A stretch of DNA of 64,000 bases from NCBI GenBank assembly GCA_963823555.1, contig CAWGMA010000001.1:1024001-1088000 (forward strand), read 5' to 3'. Of this stretch, positions 28,720 to 38,182 are shown piece after piece. The notes beneath the pieces are model-generated. The model did not search any database, was not told where the DNA came from, and was given only the letters and a program-made list of their open reading frames with translations. The position numbers were made by a program, and so were the translations under genes. This DNA is from Candidatus Eiseniibacteriota bacterium. Lineage in GTDB: Bacteria > Eisenbacteria > RBG-16-71-46 > CAVPCR01. The stretch's first letter is position 1. Every line of letters starts with the position of its first letter.

Positions 28720-31088
28720 AGCGCGGCCTCGCTCTCGCCAGTGTCGCGGCCACGCTGGTGCTCCTCGTCCGCCCCGCGGGCGCCGTCCTCGAGCGCTCGG
28801 GGGAGCGCGTGCACGACGCCGGTGCGTTCCGCCTCTTCATGACCAACCTCGGGGTCCTCGGCAATCCCTGGTATCCCTCGTTCTCGGATCTGCCCTCGCT
28901 CGAGTGGCCGGCGGGCTCGGCGGCCGAGTACCTGAACGAGGCCGGGCTCTGGATCGGGGCGCGCGACCGGCGCGGCATCGTCGCCGGGGTCTCGACGGCG
29001 TGCCCCGTGAACGAGCTCCGTCCCGAGCTCGATCCCTCCGCGCACATCTTCGAGAGCTTCGACGGCGCCCCGGGCACGCGCCGCCTCGGCACCACGCCGA
29101 GCGTCGAGGAGGCCGACGACGACGGCGACGGTCTCATCGACGAGGAGTTCCTGAACGGGCGGGATGATGACGGCGACGGCCTGATCGATGAGGACTATGT
29201 AGCGATCGGGGAGCAGACCTTCGCCTGCGAGTATCGCGACGACACGCCTGAGGCGTCGGCCCAGCTCCTCGCGCACCGCCCGCTCCATGTCGCGGTGCGG
29301 CAGACGAGCTTCACCTGGACCGAGGGTATCGGCGCTCTCGATCGCACCGCGGCCGTCGCCTACACGATCGAGAACACGGGCGAGAGCTCGCTCTATGACG
29401 TTTACCTCGGCTTCTATGTGGATCCGGACGTCGGTCCCAAGGCGAGCTCGGGCTACTGGCGGGACGATCGCTACAGCGTCGAGGCGATCAGCGGGACCTT
29501 TCCCACGCGGGGGGCGGCGGTGGTGCGGGGCTGCGAGACGACGCCGTTCGAGCGCATCGCCGCCATCGTCGAGGATGTGCCCGATGGGAGCGGGGGCGGC
29601 GCCTCGGGAGGCGATGCGCCGGGGCTCGTCGCCGCCCTGATCCTCGATCACACGACCAACCGCTGGGGGTTCCGCGCCCCCGAGGCGATCGGGACGAGTG
29701 CCGTCATCCACCTCGCCGGGCGGCCGGTCCGCGACGCCACCAGGGAGGATATCGCCGATCAGGAGAAGTACGCGCTCATGGCGTCGAAGCGGGTGATGGG
29801 GGATCTCGGCGTCGATGATCACCGCTTCGTGCTCGTCGCCGGTCCCTTCTCCGAGCTCTCGCCGGGAGGCTCGCTCGAGCTCACCGTGGCGCTCGTTCTC
29901 GCCCGCGACCGATCGGAGCTCGAGTCGACCGTGTCGGATCTCGTCGCCGAGTTCCACGGGCAGTGGTTGAACCTGGACGGGCTCGGGGCCACCGGCCGGA
30001 ACGGGCAGGAGGCGTGCCTGACGCCCGAGGACGCACGCTTCTGCGGGTTCGCACCCTTCCTCGTCGACCACGATTGCGATGAGCTCGAGACATCTTCCCG
30101 CGGGCACGGCGGATGCCGGAACACGATCATCCAGACCCGCTGCCCGCACCTCTCCACCTGTCCCCCGATCTGCGAGTGCACCCAGCGGCTCCTCGTCCTC
30201 TCGCCGCAGTGCACCTACGCCAACTTCGACTGCGACCCCTGCACGCCGGCGAACGTAGCCGGCGAGTCGCTCGTGCGCTGGGTGGGAACGGCGACCCACG
30301 TGAGCTCCCGCCCGCTCGCGAAAGAGGTGACCGCCGGCGATCACGAGGTGACGATCGAGTGGGACAACTCGGCCGAGCTCCCGATCGCGGCGCGCACCTT
30401 GCCCCCGGTGGCGGGCTACCGGGTGTGGCGGGCGACCGGGTTCACGCGGCCCCCGGGAGCGAGCGGGCCGACCGCCGGGAGCTGGGAGCTCGTCGCCGAG
30501 CTGCCGCTGCCAGGAAGCGGCCTCCCGCCCCCGGCCGATCCCTTCATCATCGAGGACACCGAGATCATCGGCACCGTGCCCGGCCCCTTCGATTCGCTCT
30601 ATCCGCAGTACGCGGTCGGGCGCTACCGCTTCGCCGATTCCGAGGTTCAGAACGGGTACGCGGTCTTCTATGACGTGACCCCGTTCGCTCTCGTCGAGGA
30701 GGGCGGGATCACGGTCGTCGAGAGCCTCGATCCCAGGGCGCGAAGCGGCGAGGAGGTGTTCCCGCTCGAGTCCCCCGGACCGGGCGCCGAGATCCGGGTC
30801 GTCCCGAACCCCTATGTGGGTTCCGCACCCTGGGACCTGAGCCCGAACCGCACCGACCCATCGGGGCGGAAGATCCTCTTCTCGGGGTTGCCGTCGGCAC
30901 CGGCGCGCATCGACATCTACACCGCGGCGGGCGATCGCGTGCGCACGCTCGAATCCGACGGGCGCACCGGGAGCGCGGCCTGGGATCTGCTCTCGCGGAA
31001 CGGGCAGCCGGTGGCCTCCGGCATCTACCTCTACACGGTCGCGGCGCCGGGTATCCAGCACCGCGGCCGCCTCGTGATCGTCAAATGA
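28716..31088 (+). CDS. large secreted protein with T9SS-like C-terminal domain
   Basis: Signal peptide, TNLG...EWP.GS..EYL...GLWIGA, two DDDGDGLIDE loops, VVPNPY...IYTAAGDRVRTL...ASGIYLY. Confidence 0.75.
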   Translation: MKRGLALASVAATLVLLVRPAGAVLERSGERVHDAGAFRLFMTNLGVLGNPWYPSFSDLPSLEWPAGSAAEYLNEAGLWIGARDRRGIVAGVSTACPVNELRPELDPSAHIFESFDGAPGTRRLGTTPSVEEADDDGDGLIDEEFLNGRDDDGDGLIDEDYVAIGEQTFACEYRDDTPEASAQLLAHRPLHVAVRQTSFTWTEGIGALDRTAAVAYTIENTGESSLYDVYLGFYVDPDVGPKASSGYWRDDRYSVEAISGTFPTRGAAVVRGCETTPFERIAAIVEDVPDGSGGGASGGDAPGLVAALILDHTTNRWGFRAPEAIGTSAVIHLAGRPVRDATREDIADQEKYALMASKRVMGDLGVDDHRFVLVAGPFSELSPGGSLELTVALVLARDRSELESTVSDLVAEFHGQWLNLDGLGATGRNGQEACLTPEDARFCGFAPFLVDHDCDELETSSRGHGGCRNTIIQTRCPHLSTCPPICECTQRLLVLSPQCTYANFDCDPCTPANVAGESLVRWVGTATHVSSRPLAKEVTAGDHEVTIEWDNSAELPIAARTLPPVAGYRVWRATGFTRPPGASGPTAGSWELVAELPLPGSGLPPPADPFIIEDTEIIGTVPGPFDSLYPQYAVGRYRFADSEVQNGYAVFYDVTPFALVEEGGITVVESLDPRARSGEEVFPLESPGPGAEIRVVPNPYVGSAPWDLSPNRTDPSGRKILFSGLPSAPARIDIYTAAGDRVRTLESDGRTGSAAWDLLSRNGQPVASGIYLYTVAAPGIQHRGRLVIVK

Positions 31089-32473
31089 ACGCGCGGAGAG
31101 TCATCGCTGCGGCCGCCGTCCTCCTCGCGCTCGCCGCGCTCCGCTGCGGCGACGAGGGGCCGCCGGTCGCCGTCGATCGCGATCCGCCGCGGCTCGTCTC
31201 TGTGGCCCCGGCGGACGGGGCGACGGCGGTGCCGGTAGCCAGCGTCGTCCGCGCCCTCTTCTCGGAGCCGGTGGTCCTCGATTCGCTCGCGCCCCCGCCG
31301 CTCAGGGTCGCGGGTCCAGGCGGCGAGCCCATGCCCGGGGAGGTCGCTCTGGACACGACCGGGAGCATCCTCACCTTCACAGCCACCGATAGCTTGAGTG
31401 CCGCCAGCGACTATCGTGCGGTCGTCGCGGCCGGCATTGCCGATCGCGCGGGGAACGTGCTCCTCGACTCGACCGTCGTCCGCTTCACGACCGCGCTCGA
31501 TTTCTACTCGATCGGCCGCCTCTTCACCGCCAACGCCAACACCTTCGATGTGAGCGCACTCGACATCCTGACCTACGAGCCGGTCGCGGGGTCCCCGGTC
31601 GCGCTCGGTGCCCGCCCGCTCAGCCTCGCGGCGGTTCCCGCGTGGGGCGAGGTCTTCGTCTTGTATGCGATCGGGCCCGGCGCGGGGGTCCTCGTCCTCG
31701 ATGGGCGATCGCTCGCGGTACTGCGCGACACGGGGCCGGTGTTCCCTCGCGACGCGACCGATCTCGCCGTGAGCGACGCCGAGGAGCTCCTCTTCGTCGC
31801 CTCGCCCGCGGCGAACGCGCTCTTCGTTTATGACGCGCGGACGATGGGGGAAGCCCGCCCGCCGCTCGTCTTCCCCCAGGCTGGAGCGAACCCGGTGCGC
31901 CTCGCCGTCGCCAGTCGCTTCGGCTGGCTTTTCGCCGGCCTCGAGGGCGGTGCGGTCCTCGCCGCCTATGATCTCGAGACGCTGGCGCCGATTGCGGGCT
32001 TTCCCGTGCCCGCGGTGCGCCGCATCCACTCGATCGCCGTCGACGAGACGCGCGCCCGCGCCTGGGTCGGCGGGAGCCAGCGCTATGCCGTCGTCGATCT
32101 CGTGAATCCCGGCCGCACCATCACCTTCGCCTGGCCGACGATGCGCGCCTGCCTGCCGCCACGCTGCGAGACGCGAGGATGGGGCCTCTTCCTGTCGCCG
32201 GCCTTCGATCGCGTGTATCTCCTCAACCGGCAGGAGGCGGTCGCCTCCGTGGGTCTCTCCAGCCTGGAAGAGTCCACCGCGCTCGACGGCAGCGTGAACG
32301 GGTACCAGGCGGGCTTCGCCCAGAATCCGCGCACCGGAGCGATCATGGTCGTCAATGCGCAGAGCGCGGCCGCGGGCCTGGTCGAGGTGGATCCGTGGGA
32401 ACTCCGCCAGACGACGCTCCTCCCGATCCCGGTCGGCGGCGGTGGGGTGGTGGCCGTTGCGGTTCTGCCGTAG
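31085..32473 (+). CDS. lipoprotein with bacterial Ig-like domain and YncE-like beta-propeller
   Basis: Lipobox-like ALRCG, PADGATAVP...FSEPV...IADRAGN...FTT, propeller repeats. Confidence 0.75.
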   Translation: MNARRVIAAAAVLLALAALRCGDEGPPVAVDRDPPRLVSVAPADGATAVPVASVVRALFSEPVVLDSLAPPPLRVAGPGGEPMPGEVALDTTGSILTFTATDSLSAASDYRAVVAAGIADRAGNVLLDSTVVRFTTALDFYSIGRLFTANANTFDVSALDILTYEPVAGSPVALGARPLSLAAVPAWGEVFVLYAIGPGAGVLVLDGRSLAVLRDTGPVFPRDATDLAVSDAEELLFVASPAANALFVYDARTMGEARPPLVFPQAGANPVRLAVASRFGWLFAGLEGGAVLAAYDLETLAPIAGFPVPAVRRIHSIAVDETRARAWVGGSQRYAVVDLVNPGRTITFAWPTMRACLPPRCETRGWGLFLSPAFDRVYLLNRQEAVASVGLSSLEESTALDGSVNGYQAGFAQNPRTGAIMVVNAQSAAAGLVEVDPWELRQTTLLPIPVGGGGVVAVAVLP

Positions 32474-32940
32474 GGGTGTCTTCTTGACCCTGTCCAAGAG
32501 CCTGACCCCATGTAAGAGACCGAAGAGACTTGCGGATCGGGGGTGCTCTGGTGCTTCTCAGCACGCCATCCCTTGAGCCTCTAACATCTCCTCGCCGGTC
32601 ACACGACGGTTGTGAGCGGACTCGAGTGCCTCGCGAAGCGCTGAGCGAAGGAAGAGGTCGCGGGTGGGCCGGTAGACATTCGTCACCGCCCAGTCGCGCC
32701 TATGCCGAGCGCGGCACAGTGGCGCAAACTGTGGAATGGATACAGCCGCGCACTACCATGAAGAACCGAGCCACCAGGGAATCGGGTCCGAGCTTATCAG
32801 TGGCGCGGCGACTCAGCGATGGAGGGTGTCGTCGCGACCAGCGAGCGGCTAGGCCGCCTGCTGAAATACAATCACCGGCGAGCGGCTGGAGATGGGTGTC
32901 GTCGATCGAGTGTTCGGACAGCGCGGGATCGAAACCGCAA

Positions 32941-32964
32941 AATCTGCAATCAGGATTGTAGATA
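32941..32964. promoter_or_regulatory. palindromic operator-like site, copy 3
   Basis: AATCTGCAAT-CAGG-ATTGTAGATA, followed by TTGCAA-N17-GATTAT, upstream of 33072. Confidence 0.6.
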
Positions 32965-33071
32965 TCCTGCCGCCATTCTGCTTGCAACACCGGTTTGAAC
33001 GCCCGATTATCCCTCACTGGGTCACCTGCGGCCTGAATCCTCCACGCCGGCAGATATGAAAGGAGACTTCC

Positions 33072-33524
33072 ATGAAGTCCTATGCCCTCGTGCTGGTCAT
33101 CGCTGCCGCCCTGGCGATCACCATCACGGAACCTCAGGCAGGCATCGACTACGATTGCTACCTGTCCATATGCGTGTACGAAAACAGCGACCCTCCTTGC
33201 GCCGCCTGCCCTGACACATTGTCCTGCCAGGCGTCCTACAGCCCCAGGAAGATCTGCTGGAAGTGGAACGGAGACCCGTGCGGTGACGACGCTGTGTGTG
33301 GCCCAGACACGTTCAGAGTCTACCGAGACCAGACGCTAATAGCGACTGTTCCATGTCCCTATGCGAATAACGCGTGTTGCTGTGACCGCAATCCATGTGA
33401 GGGGCAGTGCTTTCGGGTAGGAGACTCAGGATACGACGAGGAGGAATGCTACACGTACACAGTGAAGGCCTATAAGGAAGGGCAGCAAATCGGCGAGCAC
33501 AACATCCTGGCCGGAGAGTGCTGA
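33072..33524 (+). CDS. small secreted Cys-rich protein B (150 aa, 16 Cys)
   Basis: AAAGGAGA RBS, signal peptide, paralog of 23813-24259. Confidence 0.85.
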   Translation: MKSYALVLVIAAALAITITEPQAGIDYDCYLSICVYENSDPPCAACPDTLSCQASYSPRKICWKWNGDPCGDDAVCGPDTFRVYRDQTLIATVPCPYANNACCCDRNPCEGQCFRVGDSGYDEEECYTYTVKAYKEGQQIGEHNILAGEC

Positions 33525-33551
33525 TTTCGGTGCGGAGAAGGAGCACGTCCG

Positions 33552-34760
33552 ATGAAGCAAGTCTCTCTTCCTGTTGTCGCAGCTCTGCTGCTGATTTCGG
33601 GGCCGCTCATTGCTGACGACATCGTGGTCCCGGATGAGTTCGTGACGATACAGGGCGCTGTCGATTTCGCTTCGAGCGGCGACCGGATCTGGGTGCGGTC
33701 TGGAACCTACGTCGAGAACATCCTCGTTCTCGGAAAGTCAATCCATCTCACGTCGTTCGATGGCTCAGCCGTCACGATCATCGATGGAAGCGCCCCGACG
33801 CGTCCGGATACCTTGAGCGTGATCACGGCCATTGGCGCCGACGATTTCGTTCTCGCCGGTTTCACGCTGCGCAACGCCCACGGGGGTATCGATTTTGGTG
33901 AGCAGTCCGGAGACGACTCGGGCGGGGGCCTGGCGTGTGGAGCTACGAACGGCGCGGTCCGAAACTGCGTGATCGAGGACAACTTCTGCGGTGGTTCAGG
34001 CGGCGGCGCTCACCTCGTGCTTAGCGATCTACTGATCGAGGATTGCATTGTGCGCTACAATGAATGCGGTCTCGACGGCGGTGGCATCCACACGTTCCTT
34101 GGTTCCCCTAGCATCCAGCGATGCAGAATCGAGAATAACCGGGGAGGCGAAGGCGGTGCTGGCGGTGGAATCTGCCTCAGGTTCTTTGGCTCGCCTCAGA
34201 TCGCAGACTGCGTGATATCAGGGAATCGTGCCCGCGGAGGAGCGGGGATCGCAGCGCAAGAAGGGTCCAGCCCGACGATCCTGCGAACGCTGATCACCGG
34301 CAATTCCGCCGCCACCTACGGCGCGGTGGGTGGCGTTCAGCTGAATAGTGGAAGTCCACGCATCGAAGGCTGCACCGTAGTTGGCAACTTCGGCCCAGGG
34401 AACGCAGGGATCTCGTTTGTGACCGCGCTGCCCGCAGTTCTTTCTCACTCGATTGTGGCCTTCAACCAGGGTGGGCGGGGCCTGAGCTGTGTTGGCGGCA
34501 CGCTGGCCGTCAGCTGCTGCGATCTTTTCGGCAACGAGGAGGGCGATGAGTTCTGCGGCATCGATGCGGGCGGCAACTTCTCTCTCGATCCGCTCTTCTG
34601 CGCCGACTACTCGATCGCCGAGTCCTCGCCCTGTGCGCCCGCCAACGCGCCTGTTGGGTGCGGGTTGATCGGGGCCCGCGATGTGGGCTGCACTGGGGCA
34701 ATCGAAGCCAGCACCTGGGGCCGCATCAAGGTGCGATTGTCCGTCCCGAAAACTCCGTAG
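33552..34760 (+). CDS. secreted beta-helix protein, paralog P6
   Basis: AAGGAG RBS, signal peptide; tail STWGRIKVRLSVPKTP. Confidence 0.85.
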   Translation: MKQVSLPVVAALLLISGPLIADDIVVPDEFVTIQGAVDFASSGDRIWVRSGTYVENILVLGKSIHLTSFDGSAVTIIDGSAPTRPDTLSVITAIGADDFVLAGFTLRNAHGGIDFGEQSGDDSGGGLACGATNGAVRNCVIEDNFCGGSGGGAHLVLSDLLIEDCIVRYNECGLDGGGIHTFLGSPSIQRCRIENNRGGEGGAGGGICLRFFGSPQIADCVISGNRARGGAGIAAQEGSSPTILRTLITGNSAATYGAVGGVQLNSGSPRIEGCTVVGNFGPGNAGISFVTALPAVLSHSIVAFNQGGRGLSCVGGTLAVSCCDLFGNEEGDEFCGIDAGGNFSLDPLFCADYSIAESSPCAPANAPVGCGLIGARDVGCTGAIEASTWGRIKVRLSVPKTP

Positions 34761-34852
34761 CGCGGGTCTGTTGCACTTTAGGTGGCATGACAGACCCTGG
34801 GAATGCTGGTCTTTCAGGCGACACGCAGTTTCGCGCAGTAATGTGACACCGG

Positions 34853-36062
34853 CTAGCGGACGACGATGACTGGACGCCGATCCTGGCCGTTGCTTGCCTC
34901 CAGGCGGATGTAGTAGACGCCTGAGCCGACGGGTTGCCCGTGATCGTTTCGCCCGTCCCAGGTCACAGCCTGAGGACCGGCCTTTCGGCCGTCATCGAGG
35001 AGTGTGCGCACCCATCTCCCGGCCACATCGTAGATCCGGATCGATACGGGTCCCTGGTGCGGGAGCTCGAATCCGACACGGGTCGAAGCGGTCATGGGGT
35101 TCGGCACACAAGGGCCGAGGCGCAAGGCATAAATCGCCCCGGCCGGGCTCGAGTCGGGCACCGTCGTGGGCTCCCCCTCACCGAAGAGCGCTCGCAGGAT
35201 GAAGTCGGTGTTGTCGTGCAGTGCCTCGTGATCCCAGCGGTAGGGTCGTCCTGAAAGGAACACGAACTCCCCGCCGGCCGTTGCCGTCCGCCAGGCACCG
35301 ATCCCCGCAGGCGGGGTGTAGCTGGGATCGTCAAAGAGGAGGGTGGTCTCGGGTCCGAGCCGATCCTCGTCGAAGGAAGAGCACTGGTCCTGGCTGCCGA
35401 TCGGCGTCATGTCGCGGAGGCCGGGCAAGGTCGCGGTCGCGCCGTGCAGGACGTAGTGGGTGGTCCATTCGATGCCCAGGTACTCGCTCAGCTCTTCCGT
35501 GAAGAACGAATACCCGTTCCTGGGCATCAGCAGGATATTGCCTCCAGCCTCGAGGTAGCGGATGTTCGGGGATTCGAGCCAGTGCTCCAGATCGCCGCTG
35601 GAACGGTTTCCGACCCAGACCACCGACGAGTACCGGCCCATGACCGAGGACGCCCCCGGGCCATGGCCGAGCGGCGCCGGTAACGTCGGGGGATAACCAC
35701 CCGCCGGGGCCGGGAAGAAATCCCAGAAGGCGATCTCGTGGTCCCCGAAGAAGGCACGGGCCTCATAGGCTGCGAGAGCCTCGCTGCCGTACTGCTCCCA
35801 GTCGATGCCGTTGACGAGCAGGATGCCCTCATCGAGCGTCGGGTTCATGATCCCGATCACCCGCTGGCAGAGGATCCAGTCGTCCGGGTCGAGCCGGACG
35901 TGAACCGGCTCCCCGGCTGCGGTCAGCCTGGGCTGCGGCGGCGAGCGGGAAAAGAACGACCAGCGCAAGAACGGCCAGGGCTACGGCGGCGGAGGGCCGC
36001 GGCGGCGAGAGGGCCGCGGCGGCGGCATGACCTTCCCTGCGGGTAGAGGTGCATGGCGACAC
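34853..36062 (-). pseudogene. disrupted secreted protein with C-terminal FlgD-Ig domain, probably internally deleted
   Basis: Signal-peptide-like AAVALAVLALVVLFPLAAAAQA is out of frame with VRLDPDDWIL...PNPM...IYDVAGRWVR...WDGRND...GVYYIR. Confidence 0.55.
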
Positions 36063-36190
36063 TCCTGGCCGCCGGGACCTTCAGGTACACTCGACCCTTC
36101 CGATTGAGGTCCTCCAGGCCGCAGGCTAGATTCCTTCGTTCTTGGTTGAGGAAGAGCGATGTGCTCGTCGTCATGCGCGGACACGAACGA

Positions 36191-36214
36191 TCTCCACAAA
36201 GAGAGTTGTATATG
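36191..36214. promoter_or_regulatory. degenerate palindromic operator-like site, copy 4
   Basis: TCTCCACAAA-GAGA-GTTGTATATG, 13 of 20 arm positions match the consensus. Confidence 0.35.
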
Positions 36215-36571
36215 ATCAAGTCGCAACCACATGAGCCGATCCACAGCGTCTATAGGGTGGCATTCTCTCGGTGCTCCTGTATCGTCAAGCTCTGTGGATG
36301 CGGAAGAGACAGGTCGGCGACTGACCGTTGCTCCCGAACGGCAAGCGCCTCCTGAATCGAGACTGACCTGCAGCGTGGCGAATGAGATCCGCCGGCCAGG
36401 CCGTGGTACCGGATTTCCGCTTCCCAAAGACCACTACCCAGAGCGGACAGAGGCCTTGGTGTGAAGGCCGTCATGATGACACCACAAGGATCCGGGAACG
36501 AGTGAGACGCCCGGAGAGGTACGAGTTGACCCGCGTTGCGCGGCGCGACGCACAGCGAAGAGAGAGGTCCC

Positions 36572-37956
36572 ATGTCGAACATAACCAGTGAAGCCTTTGC
36601 GGGACTGCGGTCCAGGATCAAGGGGCAGGTGGTTCTTCCCGGTGACGCCAGATACGACGAGGTGCGCACTATCTGGAACGCCATGATTGACAAGCGACCG
36701 GCGGTCATCGTGCAGTGCAAAGCCGCGGCGCGACGTTCCGGTGGCCATTGGTTACGCGCGCCAGCACGGACTCGATATCACCATCCGTGGCGCCGGCCAC
36801 AACATCGCGGGCAATTCGATCTCCGACGGTGGTCTCGTGATCGATCACTCGACCATGCGATCGGTCAGGTCGACGCCAACAAGAAGCGGGCGTACGTCGA
36901 GCCCGGGGCTACTCTCGGCGACCTCGATGCTGCGACGCAGGCGCACGGTCTCGCCGTTCCGGTGGGCATCAACTCCACCACGGGTATCGCCGGCCTGACG
37001 CTGGGTGGCGGGTTCGGGTGGCTGACCCGCAAGCACGGCATGACCATCGACGCCCTGCGTACGGCCGACGTGGTCACGGCCGACGGTAAGGTGCTCCACG
37101 CCAGTGCAGAGCGAGAACGCCGACCTGTTCTGGGCCATCCGTGGCGGCGGCGGGAACTTCGGGGTCGTCACGCAGTTCGAGTTCGAGCTCTATCCTGTTG
37201 GACCCGAGATCACTGCCGGGCTCATCGTGTTCCCGGCGGCGCAGTCGAAGCAGGTGCTCACCCGCTATCGCGACTACATGGAGTCGACGCCGGAAGAGTT
37301 CAACACGTGGGTGGTGATGCGCCAGGCGCCGCCGTTGCCGTTCCTCCCGGAGCAGGTGCATGGAACCGACGTCGTCGTGCTGGCGATCTTCTGTGCCGGC
37401 GATGCGGCCCAGGCCGACAAGCTCATCGCTCCGCTCCACGGGTTCGGCGACCCGGTGGGCACCCATGTCGGCAGGATGCCGCTCGTCCAGTGGCAGCAGG
37501 CCTTCGACCCGCTGCTCACGCCGGGCGCGCGCAACTACTGGAAGACCCACAATTTCACCGAGCTCAAGGAGCGAGCTGTTCGATGCGATGATCGAGTATG
37601 CGGGCAAGCTCCCGTCGCCTCAGTGCGAGATCTTCATCGGGCTCATTGCCGGCGCGCCCAATCGTGTCGCGCCCGGTGCCATGGCCTGGGGCCATCGGGA
37701 CGTGAAGTACGTGCTCAACGTGCACGGGCGCTGGGATGCGGCATCCGACGATCAGAAGTGTATCGAGTGGGCGCGGGCCTTCTTCAAGGCATCTCAGCCC
37801 TACGCCTCCGCCGGGGCCTACGTGAACTTCATGACCGAGGAGGAAGTGGGCCGTGTCGAGTCGGCGTACGGAGCCAACTATGCTCGACTCAAGGAGATCA
37901 AGCGGAAGTACGATCCCAGGAACGTGTTCCACCACAACCAGAACATCAAGCCCTAG
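36572..37956 (+). CDS. FAD-binding oxidoreductase, berberine-bridge family (several apparent frameshifts)
   Basis: RGAGHN, GLTLGGGFGWL, DLFWAIRGGGGNFGVVT, YVNF and KYDPRNVFHHNQNI across frames. Confidence 0.85.
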
Positions 37957-38120
37957 TGTCTTGGTCCGCCGGATCTCGGTGCGCCGTCCCGGTGGATGAA
38001 CCTGCTGCAGAAGGGCTGGACCCGTCACGGCGGGTCCAGCCCGACGCATGCCTATCGCTGGCCGCTACGGTCTGACCCCCTCGGCGTTTCTGGCCCCGGT
38101 GCTAGACTCGAGCCTTCCGA

Positions 38121-38149
38121 TTGACGCCCCGCCGGCCCCGGGATAGATT
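38121..38149 (+). promoter_or_regulatory. putative sigma70 promoter of the lysS operon
   Basis: TTGACG-N17-TAGATT. Confidence 0.6.
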
Positions 38150-38182
38150 GCTTCGCTCCTGGTTCGTCACCGCGGGGAGACC

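Noticed and set aside
32473..32509. REP-like imperfect palindrome ending CCTGACCCC, with another CTGACCCC at ~38072
   Set aside because: Weak pairing. The 8-mer also occurs inside clpC (~45808), so chance is plausible, and no RAYT transposase was seen.
23813..33524. Cys-rich proteins as c-type cytochromes
   Set aside because: CSSC and CAAC are followed by Pro, not His, so there is no CxxCH
17775..34760. Diversity-generating retroelement behind the paralog repeats
   Set aside because: No reverse transcriptase in the window. The shared segments are coding in both copies and the mismatches are not adenine-specific.
17775..37956. Integron cassette array or prophage
   Set aside because: Mixed gene orientations, no convincing attC sites, and no integrase or phage genes
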